Virus record (IMG/VR): IMGVR_UViG_3300044806_000197
Span: 1 to 37,685 of that record
Length of the DNA stretch: 37,685 nucleotides
Direction: 5' to 3' (one strand)
From: a virus
Lineage: Duplodnaviria > Caudoviricetes
Both the position numbers and the translations under genes were made by a program. This document shows, in pieces, positions 20,317-27,906 of the stretch. Positions within the stretch are counted from its first letter, which is position 1. Every line of letters starts with the position of its first letter. Below the pieces are notes generated by a model, which did no database searches, was not told the origin of the DNA, and saw nothing but the letters and a program-made list of their open reading frames with translations.

Positions 20317-20911
20317 GATAATTAGAACATGCCAGCAATGCAAAAAAGGGTATTCAACATTTCCGTCTATACGTAAGCACTTCTGTTCTAGGGAGTGCTG
20401 CCACGAATCGAAAAAGCGCGGAAGTATTATTCCATGTGAGCAATGCAAGAAGCCAATTTACAGTCGCCCGCACCACTCTAAAAAGTTCTGCTCTAAAAGC
20501 TGTGCCATAACGGCTAGAAACCTGACTGACAAGAACCCCGCTTTTCACAGAGATATTTCTGGAAGCCTTAACCCAATGTTTGGGAAAGGTAGGTTTGGGA
20601 TTGCCAATCCGATGTTTGGGAAAAAAGGAGAAAAGTGTCACCACTGGAAAGGTGGAACAAGGAAAAGGCCTGACGGGTATGTCAGAATCGTTGCTCCCGA
20701 CAGTCATCCCAGCCCGTCCGAAATCAAGCGCGGAACGAAATACATTCTTGAACATCGCCTTGTAATGGAAAAGAAGATTGGTCGCTATTTGACCAAGGAA
20801 GAGGTTGTTCATCATATTGATTCCAATCCGTCTAACAACTCTCCTGATAACTTAATGCTGTTCGCAAACAGCGCAGAGCATACAAAACACCACAACGTGA
20901 AAGTCATTTAA
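20315..20911 (+). CDS. HNH endonuclease with Zn-binding and NUMOD3-like repeats, antisense within the packaging operon
   Basis: 2x CxxC...FCSxxC, 2x NPMFGK, HWKGG, EHRLVME..EVVHHIDSNPSNNSPDNL. Confidence 0.88.
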   Translation: MIIRTCQQCKKGYSTFPSIRKHFCSRECCHESKKRGSIIPCEQCKKPIYSRPHHSKKFCSKSCAITARNLTDKNPAFHRDISGSLNPMFGKGRFGIANPMFGKKGEKCHHWKGGTRKRPDGYVRIVAPDSHPSPSEIKRGTKYILEHRLVMEKKIGRYLTKEEVVHHIDSNPSNNSPDNLMLFANSAEHTKHHNVKVI

Positions 20912-21257
20912 TCAGTTCGTGGGCGTGTTTCAGGATTACCATCGGTGCACCATCCACCCCGCTTATCTCGTGCGTCTCGATTGGTTTGCCAAAGCCATAT
21001 TGCAACAAAATCTTAGGATCGTCCTTAGCTAAGCGCCTAACGATCACGTCCAGTTGTGAGCGCACCTTGTCTTTGTTGCCGGTCTTGAGATTGTATTCCT
21101 CGGCTTGAGGGTGTTCGCTGGCTAGGAAGTCGCGCAGATACTTACCAAAGCTGAACATGGCGGCGGGTCGGCCTTTGGGGTTGCCTGAGACGCCTGGCTT
21201 GAACTTGGTAGCCCCTCCCTGTCGTTTCCTGTTGGCAGGTTGTGCAGGTTCATTCAT
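20904..21257 (-). CDS. terS: Terminase small subunit (DUF5681-like)
   Basis: FKPGVSGNPKGRP N-terminal motif; GKPIETHEISGVDGAP C-terminus. Confidence 0.75.
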   Translation of the reverse strand: MNEPAQPANRKRQGGATKFKPGVSGNPKGRPAAMFSFGKYLRDFLASEHPQAEEYNLKTGNKDKVRSQLDVIVRRLAKDDPKILLQYGFGKPIETHEISGVDGAPMVILKHAHELIK

Positions 21258-21367
21258 AAACCACCAAACGATCTTGCTATGTTGGCTGAGTGAACCTCAT
21301 AGAGTATCCAACCACCAACGAAGCAAAGCACCACTACAAACCAAGGGATTATGCGATTGTATTTCAA
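21254..21367 (-). CDS. 37-aa single-pass membrane peptide (not in ORF track)
   Basis: TTG start, KYNRIIPWFVVVLCFVGGWILYEV...; stop overlaps the terS ATG. Confidence 0.45.
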   Translation of the reverse strand: MKYNRIIPWFVVVLCFVGGWILYEVHSANIARSFGGL

Positions 21368-21369
21368 GA

Positions 21370-21807
21370 TCAGTTCCTTGGGTATGTCTTGGTCACGCCA
21401 TACGTCCATGCGTTTGTGATTTCGTTTGTGACGCTGGACACGATCTGGAACGGCTTGAGATAGGCAATGCCGTCTCCTGCCGAGAGGTTGGTAAAGAGCG
21501 AGAACGGGTTTGTGCCGTTCACTGTGCCGGCCAAGGTGAACGTCGCAGCCGTGTCAAAGTTCGTTGCGTCCGCGCTGGCCTTGAATGTGAATGTGAGCGT
21601 GTTGGTTGAGATGTTCGTGCCTTGGCCGGTGGCAACGATGGAAAAGGTTTTGTAGCGTGTCAGGTCTAGGTAGTTCGTGCCGATATACGTGCTCGTGGAT
21701 GATGCGGCGATGGTGTTCGTGAAGAACAGATTCGTTGAGCGGGTGTAGGACTGCGCCAATGCCGCGAAGCTGGCCAGCATAATTGCAAGACTAAGAAAGT
21801 ATTTCAT
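21370..21807 (-). CDS. 145-aa signal-peptide beta-sandwich protein, very Thr-Asn rich
   Basis: MKYFLSLAIMLASFAALA-Q; start moved to ATG 21807. Confidence 0.75.
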   Translation of the reverse strand: MKYFLSLAIMLASFAALAQSYTRSTNLFFTNTIAASSTSTYIGTNYLDLTRYKTFSIVATGQGTNISTNTLTFTFKASADATNFDTAATFTLAGTVNGTNPFSLFTNLSAGDGIAYLKPFQIVSSVTNEITNAWTYGVTKTYPRN

Positions 21808-22162
21808 AAGGATATGTGGTGTTGAGTTGTTCCTGCCGCTCCTGACAGCCGCAGGTTCGGCCAAAGGTTGCGCGATACCATGCCCGATAAGCGTCTCCGC
21901 CGATAGGCCCAATGATGCGCGCCGTGGTGTCACCGATGCCAGTCTCGCCTAAAACGCGGAGCAAAGCAAGCCGCTGTGCCCAGTCCGGCCATTTGTTGAG
22001 GGGTTGAGGCCCGCGATACTTGGCACAGAGCGATGCCCAAACTGCACGACTAACGAGCAGCATGTCACCGACGACCCTGCCCGATGCCATCACGTCATCG
22101 AGATACCCAGGCGGGCGATAGCTAGCCTTGGCTTGTAGGGCGGATATTGGGATTTGCTTCAT
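21791..22162 (-). CDS. Hypothetical protein with C-terminal CGC motif
   Basis: RPPGYLDDV..TGIGDT.ARII..TCGCQERQEQLN. Confidence 0.7.
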   Translation of the reverse strand: MKQIPISALQAKASYRPPGYLDDVMASGRVVGDMLLVSRAVWASLCAKYRGPQPLNKWPDWAQRLALLRVLGETGIGDTTARIIGPIGGDAYRAWYRATFGRTCGCQERQEQLNTTYPYEILS

Positions 22163-23385
22163 GGTGTCACGCAGTCAAGTGGGATGGTTTGAAGCAGAAC
22201 CGAGGTAACGTAGGGGTTTAGGAAGTCGGAATAGGCGACATACATTTGGTTGAAACCGCACTCCACCAGACGGGCCGAACCTGCTACGTGATGCTCATAT
22301 CCACTATCAATGACGGCGAGATAAGAAAGGAAGTCAGAGCCAGCGTAACCCTGCATTGCCAGAATGTTAAGGCATAAATCGGAGTGAGTGTAATAGTAAA
22401 CCTTGGAATGAACCGCCCAAATGTAGTTTGCCTTGTCGCTGAGCATCCCCGAAAAGGCCAAGCCAACGGAAAGCAACCCACCCCAAGGGCAGTTTGCATT
22501 GATCAGTTCGCGAGGCAAACCATCTTCAACGACGGCATACGGATCGGTTGAACCCACCGGGAAACTTGACAGGGTTGGATCGGGAATAACTAACTCAAAA
22601 CCCGCCGTGTCGTCTCCTGTGTAAGTCCATCCGTCATGCTGCCATATTTCGCCCGCCGCGAATGTGAACGCCGCACCGTTGAATTGGGTTGGCAGGGTGA
22701 ACAAGTCGAGCAATGAAAGCGCCAAGACCTGGCAATCCCCATCCGTGTGCGGCTTAGAGTAAGTGAAAGTCTCACGATAGATGAAGTCACGAATCAAACC
22801 GCCGCCCAAGTCTTGGGAGACGCCAAGAATTTCAAAGAAATATCCATCCTCTGTAACGGTCAATGTGCGCTTGTGGAAGGTGAAATTTCCCATGTAGGTT
22901 GGGCTTCCAAGCGCCGGAGCGTAACCTGCATCAGGACTGCCAGATTCACTGACGTAGGTTGTCGGGATTGGGGTATCGCCCGGTTCAACCATCGTGCGGC
23001 TAGCACTGTTAATAACTCCTTCACTGGTGCTTGTTCCTTCCTCTAGAAAGATCGCGCCAGTTTTCTTTTCCAGTTCATACCAGCTTGAATCGGTTCGTAG
23101 GTATCCATCAACTGTGCTTTGCTCAATAACCCAATCGGCGCGAAGATAACGGGTTGAGTTTCCTACCTGTGAAACTACTCCGGTATTGGCAGCGGTGATT
23201 CCATGCGTCAAGTATCCGCCCAACACCAATCCGGTGTAATCGAGTGGCGGTTCGAACTCCTCAACGCCTTCGTCGAGCGTGAAATTGAGCGGTTCAAATC
23301 CTTGGTGACGAAGTTTTACAAAGGCGGTGACGGTGGAGTCCCCTGTCACCGGCGCGCAGCAACAGTTTATGAACGCACCGCTCAT
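22159..23385 (-). CDS. Acidic putative tail-tip protein with N-terminal CCC
   Basis: MSGAFINCCC; 408 aa; ATGA-coupled. Confidence 0.6.
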   Translation of the reverse strand: MSGAFINCCCAPVTGDSTVTAFVKLRHQGFEPLNFTLDEGVEEFEPPLDYTGLVLGGYLTHGITAANTGVVSQVGNSTRYLRADWVIEQSTVDGYLRTDSSWYELEKKTGAIFLEEGTSTSEGVINSASRTMVEPGDTPIPTTYVSESGSPDAGYAPALGSPTYMGNFTFHKRTLTVTEDGYFFEILGVSQDLGGGLIRDFIYRETFTYSKPHTDGDCQVLALSLLDLFTLPTQFNGAAFTFAAGEIWQHDGWTYTGDDTAGFELVIPDPTLSSFPVGSTDPYAVVEDGLPRELINANCPWGGLLSVGLAFSGMLSDKANYIWAVHSKVYYYTHSDLCLNILAMQGYAGSDFLSYLAVIDSGYEHHVAGSARLVECGFNQMYVAYSDFLNPYVTSVLLQTIPLDCVTP

Positions 23386-23666
23386 GTTTCCGGGTCTGTT
23401 GTCAGAGCAGTTGTAACCCAGGGCGAGCGGAGCATGAAGCAGTAGCGCGGATCTCCCGTGGCTGGATCGCATCCGATGGTTTCTCTGATTTCCAACTCCT
23501 GCCCCATGGATGTTCCCGGGCTGGCCGGGTTTGCGCCGGGGTCTTCACCCAGCTTGAGCGTGACGCTGCCCCAACTGGTAACGGCTGCGCCCGTGGTATC
23601 GTCAACCACTTCCAAGACGATCTGCTTATTGGTTGCGTCGAGCCGGGCTTTTACGATATTGGCCAT
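23382..23666 (-). CDS. Hypothetical (tail-associated) protein
   Basis: 94 aa, coupled within the operon. Confidence 0.6.
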   Translation of the reverse strand: MANIVKARLDATNKQIVLEVVDDTTGAAVTSWGSVTLKLGEDPGANPASPGTSMGQELEIRETIGCDPATGDPRYCFMLRSPWVTTALTTDPET

Positions 23667-23669
23667 AAA

Positions 23670-25514
23670 TCACGCGCTGGCGAACACGGCAAACTCTGCG
23701 CTTCCTCCGCTGCCGTGGCTGGTGTTCTCTGCCGGGGTCCTGCCGTTCAAGTCAACCGCCGTCCCTCCGGTGACGTAGTTGGCCGTCTCCCGAAGTAATG
23801 GATTGAACCACTCAAACCGAGGGCGGCTGTATTGCATCAATTCAAACATCTGCGCGGCGGAATTGCCTTGTGGCGGTCCAAAGCTGACTTCGGTATGTCC
23901 ATTTCCGTAATGCTTCACAATTGACTGTAGCTGCGCTTTCATCGTCGCCCAGGCTGTCAGACCCCCGGATAGGTTCAGGACGTTCCCAAAGCTAACCAAG
24001 GTCGTTGGCTCAGCCTCCACGCGAACGTCTTGACCCTCGTATTGCAGGGTGGCAAGACTGGTGTAAACATCCTTGGCAATACCATTGAGGAACGTGCCGA
24101 CTCCTGCCGTGATGGAAACCAAGCCGGGAACATCTTCACCGGGTATGACCGATGCTAAGGTTGAGTATGTTGTCGTGGTCGCGTCGGTGATCTGAATCTT
24201 TACCGCAATTTCCTCATCAACTTTCTTCGTGGTTCTGAGCGCGGTGACGCTACCCGTTGCCGCCGCTGCCGTGGTGTAAACCTCATAGCTTGCCTTGCCG
24301 ATGATCGTTACCTCTTTGACCGTCATGCCTGTCCAGCTTGGGAGCGGGCCTTCCTTCAACTCGCGGGGATAGGTTGCAAGGCTTACAGTTGCCCCGGCTT
24401 GGTCTTTGACCGTCACCGTTCCGGCTGCGATAGCCAGACTACCCGCTCTTACCTTGTCACTGGCCAGCTTTGGACTCTTGAGCTTCCACCAATCCAGCCG
24501 GGTTGCGTCGGTAGCGTGTGTGGCATCAACCGTCTCCGTAACCACATCCGCGCTTACTGAAATGGTTTGCTGGCCCTGCAAGTCTATGAATTGAGTCAGG
24601 ACGTCGAGGCCGTAGTCTGGATCGCTGGCATGACCTTGCCCATTTGGCCCGTATTTGTCCGCAAGATACACAACCCAATTCTGCCCGGTGTCGCTGCCGG
24701 TGATCTTATACCATATGACCACGGCCCGAGGCTTCAAGTCGTCACGGGCCACGATGTCAAGCGAGACGTGGTTTGTCCCGTTGTGCAATACCATGGTGAC
24801 AGGGCTGGCCTCCTGTTGGGCGCGGGTCTTGAAGTTGAAGGTTGGGGTTGGGACAGCCGCAACGTCGGTTGTGTAATCCACAACTAGATTCACGTCAGGG
24901 CTTAACTCCAAGCACTTCTTGATTACTGCCGCGCACATGACCTGTCGGCATTGGTAGCTTGGAAGGTCTAAGGTTATTCCGCTGGTGTCTCCGATTATGA
25001 ACGGTTGATCCATCCCCTGAGCCGCAAACGCATCAATGACGAACTGAAGAACGGCGGCGATCTGTTCCCCGCTGTTGTAGGTGGACAGAACCCCGGCGTT
25101 TAGCCATGTGAACAGCATCAACTCAGGAACAGCTTTGAGCATCAACGCCGAACCATCCACGTTGCGGGACTGAAAGAATTGCTGATAAGGAGTCGTCTCT
25201 AGGAAGTGCCAAGCATCTGCAAATGAATACCTCACCCCGAAGGCTGAACCGGAAGATGAAACCAAGTGTTGCATCCGGTAGCCAATGAAGTCCACTTGAC
25301 CACTGGCCCAGGTTGTTCCGCTTCCGGTCCTTCCGCTCCGAATAATGACCTTGCCACGGTAAGGAAATACTGCCGCGTCTGTGATTACGTCACCAAGGCG
25401 AACCGCTGAGAAGACAGACGTTGCTAGGTTGCGAAGTTGAAGCGTGGCTGAATCAAAAGCAAACCCCCACGCGGCTAAATCCTTTTCGACGGTGTTGTAT
25501 TCGAGGGTGATCAT
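23670..25514 (-). CDS. Putative tail-tip hub / central baseplate protein
   Basis: 614 aa after the tape-measure candidate; C-terminal QLQSIVKHYGNGHTEVSFGPP is typical of hub proteins. Confidence 0.6.
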   Translation of the reverse strand: MITLEYNTVEKDLAAWGFAFDSATLQLRNLATSVFSAVRLGDVITDAAVFPYRGKVIIRSGRTGSGTTWASGQVDFIGYRMQHLVSSSGSAFGVRYSFADAWHFLETTPYQQFFQSRNVDGSALMLKAVPELMLFTWLNAGVLSTYNSGEQIAAVLQFVIDAFAAQGMDQPFIIGDTSGITLDLPSYQCRQVMCAAVIKKCLELSPDVNLVVDYTTDVAAVPTPTFNFKTRAQQEASPVTMVLHNGTNHVSLDIVARDDLKPRAVVIWYKITGSDTGQNWVVYLADKYGPNGQGHASDPDYGLDVLTQFIDLQGQQTISVSADVVTETVDATHATDATRLDWWKLKSPKLASDKVRAGSLAIAAGTVTVKDQAGATVSLATYPRELKEGPLPSWTGMTVKEVTIIGKASYEVYTTAAAATGSVTALRTTKKVDEEIAVKIQITDATTTTYSTLASVIPGEDVPGLVSITAGVGTFLNGIAKDVYTSLATLQYEGQDVRVEAEPTTLVSFGNVLNLSGGLTAWATMKAQLQSIVKHYGNGHTEVSFGPPQGNSAAQMFELMQYSRPRFEWFNPLLRETANYVTGGTAVDLNGRTPAENTSHGSGGSAEFAVFASA

Positions 25515-26776
25515 GGACGCTGCGACTTGTTTTGCAGTTCAGCCTTTAGCTTGGCCAACTCTTCCGGGGTAACAATACCATCCTTGAAGATTGCAACCAA
25601 CAATTTGCGAAACGCCTCACGCTCTGAAACTTTTATGAACCGAATGATCTGCTCGAAGTCTTGACTGTCTTGAGCAGTTGCCGCGTGGCCCTCGCTCCAG
25701 GCCTTTGCCGCCGCTCCTGCACCGGGCATTAACACGCTGCGCGCCGGGCCGAATCCTCCTTCTGAAAGCTGACCCCTGATTCCGCGCCGCCGTTCTTCGT
25801 CGGAAGATGCAACCCCACCCTGCAAGGCCAAGATGCGGGCATTGTTGGACGTGAATAATCCTTTGCTGATTCCAGCCGCTTGATCTAAGTCGCCTTGTCG
25901 GTTTGCCCAACGGCCAAGAGTTGCGCCGCCACCGCTTATGACTTGCTCGTTGGCGTCGAAAGCTGACTGTGCGGCGGCTGTTCTACGAGCCAACGCAAGC
26001 TCAATAGTCTTGGGTGACATCATGTTGAACGTCCCTAAGATTGCATCGCTAGTGGTTGGGCTTGCGGCGTCATCAATTGCTTTTCGCAACGCCTCTCGCT
26101 TGCTCTGTGCGTCCTTCACCCGGTCTTGGGTGGACAAGGCGTTCGGATCGTAGCGGTTCAGCGCGGCCGCTTCCGCTGCCGCATTAGCCGCGTTCTCCAA
26201 CCGTGCCGCCTCGCTTCGGCGCTGACTCAATTCATCTTCCGGGCCGGTAAAAGATTTACCTTGGAATGGATCGTTTTCTTTCCGGGAAGCGTCCATATCG
26301 CGAAGATAGTTTGCCATATCTTGCGCGATGCCTTGGGTTCGGGTTCGCATATCGTCCAAACTAGCCAAGTCTAAACCGCGCAACTTACCTGCCATTTCTT
26401 CGATCTTATCGTTTAGAGTCTTGAAGTGTCCTACAACCGTCCCTATACCCACGGCAAGCGCTGTTACACCAAGCGCCGGAAGGCTGAACGCACCCATCGC
26501 AAGCTGCCCAAGTGAACCAAATTGACTAGCGAGCAATCCCATCGCACGTCGCAATCCTTCAATCCGTCCATGACCCTTTTTCCCGGCGTCTTCAAGCCTT
26601 TTTCCGAACCCCTCCGCTTGGCGTTGAGCCGCTGCAATCTGCTTGTCAAGGTCGCCTGTGCTGACCCCGGTTGCGATGGCTTGTCGCTTGAGTTCTTTGA
26701 GAGCCGATACAGATTCGGTTGCACCGTCAAGTTCAGCCTGTAGTCGGATAAGGATATCGAAATTTGAATCGGCCAT
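25511..26776 (-). CDS. Putative tape measure protein (short)
   Basis: FDILIRLQAELDGA N-terminus, Ala/Gln-rich helical body, hydrophobic LPALGVTALAVGIGTVV segment. Confidence 0.65.
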   Translation of the reverse strand: MADSNFDILIRLQAELDGATESVSALKELKRQAIATGVSTGDLDKQIAAAQRQAEGFGKRLEDAGKKGHGRIEGLRRAMGLLASQFGSLGQLAMGAFSLPALGVTALAVGIGTVVGHFKTLNDKIEEMAGKLRGLDLASLDDMRTRTQGIAQDMANYLRDMDASRKENDPFQGKSFTGPEDELSQRRSEAARLENAANAAAEAAALNRYDPNALSTQDRVKDAQSKREALRKAIDDAASPTTSDAILGTFNMMSPKTIELALARRTAAAQSAFDANEQVISGGGATLGRWANRQGDLDQAAGISKGLFTSNNARILALQGGVASSDEERRRGIRGQLSEGGFGPARSVLMPGAGAAAKAWSEGHAATAQDSQDFEQIIRFIKVSEREAFRKLLVAIFKDGIVTPEELAKLKAELQNKSQRP

Positions 26777-26815
26777 AGTGCCTTTCAACCTTGCTCAATT
26801 AGGCTGTTCTGTCAA

Positions 26816-27010
26816 TCATTGATGCGCGTTCCTACGTTTCCTGGTCTGCTCGCACAGTTCCCGCTCCTTCATGACCCGTTCCCTCATCAGTTCCAAGACC
26901 ACCATTGCCCCGGTCTCGACCGCGGCTTGGATGATTGCTAGGTCAGTGGTGCGGTGATTTGTCTTTAGGTTCATGGCTTCGGATTGGAGACGGGCTTTGA
27001 GGGTGTTCAT
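26816..27010 (-). CDS. Hypothetical protein
   Basis: MNTLKARL...; start may be 27010 or 27019. Confidence 0.55.
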   Translation of the reverse strand: MNTLKARLQSEAMNLKTNHRTTDLAIIQAAVETGAMVVLELMRERVMKERELCEQTRKRRNAHQ

Positions 27011-27020
27011 GGGTTGCATA

Positions 27021-27078
27021 TGCTAACTGTCAGTGCAACGAACCAGCGCGGCGCCGGTCGCTGACTTCTGCGTTAGGT
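27021..27078 (+). mobile_element. attC site 1 (58 nt)
   Basis: TGCTAAC ... AGT(G)CAACGA(A)C / GTCGCTGACT ... GTTAGGT; imperfect R''. Confidence 0.75.
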
Positions 27079-27299
27079 GCTCCAATAGCCGCCTTGAGTT
27101 TGTGCCAGGCTTCCATGTGTTGAGCGGACGGCCTTGAGTTCTCGAAGTATTCGCGGGCGATGTCGTGTCGGACGTAGCGCACGCCAGCCCCATTGTCGGC
27201 CAGTCCATACACATCGTGCGGCATGTTGCTGCCCACATCGAGCACCACTGCGTCCGGCCAGTTTCTTCCATCTGGCCATGCCTTTGTTTTCAGTTTCAT
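27030..27299 (-). CDS. Cassette gene 1, hypothetical; C-terminus encoded by attC1
   Basis: MKLKTKAWPDGRNWPD...APNAEVSDRRRAGSLH*. Confidence 0.65.
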   Translation of the reverse strand: MKLKTKAWPDGRNWPDAVVLDVGSNMPHDVYGLADNGAGVRYVRHDIAREYFENSRPSAQHMEAWHKLKAAIGAPNAEVSDRRRAGSLH

Positions 27300-27312
27300 A
27301 GATTTTATTCGC

Positions 27313-27422
27313 ACCTAACCACGCGCTGCTGCGAACCCCGCGCAACGCCCTCGGATCAATCGGTAACGTCTTGCCCGCTCGGCAGCCCCGGTGTGCGGGG
27401 TCGCAGAGCTTGGTCGTTAAGC
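27313..27422 (+). mobile_element. attC site 2 (110 nt)
   Basis: R'' ACCTAAC, GCT(G)CTGCGA(A)CCCCGC / GCGGGGTCGCAGAGC, R' GTTAAGC. Confidence 0.88.
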
Positions 27423-27641
27423 ACTTTTCGGCTTTTGAGCGTATTCGAGTTTGGCGATGTGCTTTTCCATTGCGAACACCACGTCAGGCGCGAAGCCTTG
27501 AGTGTGTTGCGCGGGTGCTGTGTGCAGGACGCACATAAAGCTGTCCATGACCTCTACTTTGGCGGACAGTATTTCGTTTTTCCGGCGCAGTTGAGTTATC
27601 TCGCGCTGGGCTTCTTTGAGTGTTTCGAGTAGTTCGGACAT
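27417..27641 (-). CDS. Cassette gene 2, coiled-coil hypothetical protein
   Basis: 74 aa exactly filling the space between attC2 and attC3; stop lies in the R' box. Confidence 0.7.
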   Translation of the reverse strand: MSELLETLKEAQREITQLRRKNEILSAKVEVMDSFMCVLHTAPAQHTQGFAPDVVFAMEKHIAKLEYAQKPKSA

Positions 27642-27645
27642 ACGT

Positions 27646-27769
27646 GCTTAACAATTCGATGCAGAGAACAGCCGCCCCGCTGGGCAGTTCTCACGCATCA
27701 GGTTTTTGGATGTTGGCAGGGCTTTCAAAGTTTGTCTCCGGCGGCTGTCTCTGATCTCAGTCGTTACAC
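27646..27769 (+). mobile_element. attC site 3 (124 nt)
   Basis: R'' GCTTAAC, GAT(G)CAGAGA(A)CAGCCGCC / GGCGGCTGTCTCTGATC, R' GTTACAC. Confidence 0.85.
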
Positions 27770-27906
27770 GCCTGTTGCATCGCTTGAAATACATCAGCCA
27801 CTGCCCGCGCTCCGTTCCCGATCAAGTCCTGACCAACACTGGGGCGAAGCTGTTTAAGGGCCGCATCCTTGGCTGTTAAAACGTTTGATTTTGTGGTTGT
27901 GGTCAT
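27757..27906 (-). CDS. 49-aa hypothetical protein ending inside attC3 (not in ORF track)
   Basis: MTTTTKSNVLTAK...MQQACND*; ATGA-coupled to the replication gene. Confidence 0.5.
   Translation of the reverse strand: MTTTTKSNVLTAKDAALKQLRPSVGQDLIGNGARAVADVFQAMQQACND

Noticed and set aside
19075-20448. 457-aa TerL as given in the ORF track
   Set aside because: The extra N-terminus is the antisense of the HNH gene; terminase motifs begin after ATG 20316
20315-20911. HNH as part of a group I intron or intein in terminase
   Set aside because: Opposite strand, no flanking room for a ribozyme core, and terS and terL each look intact
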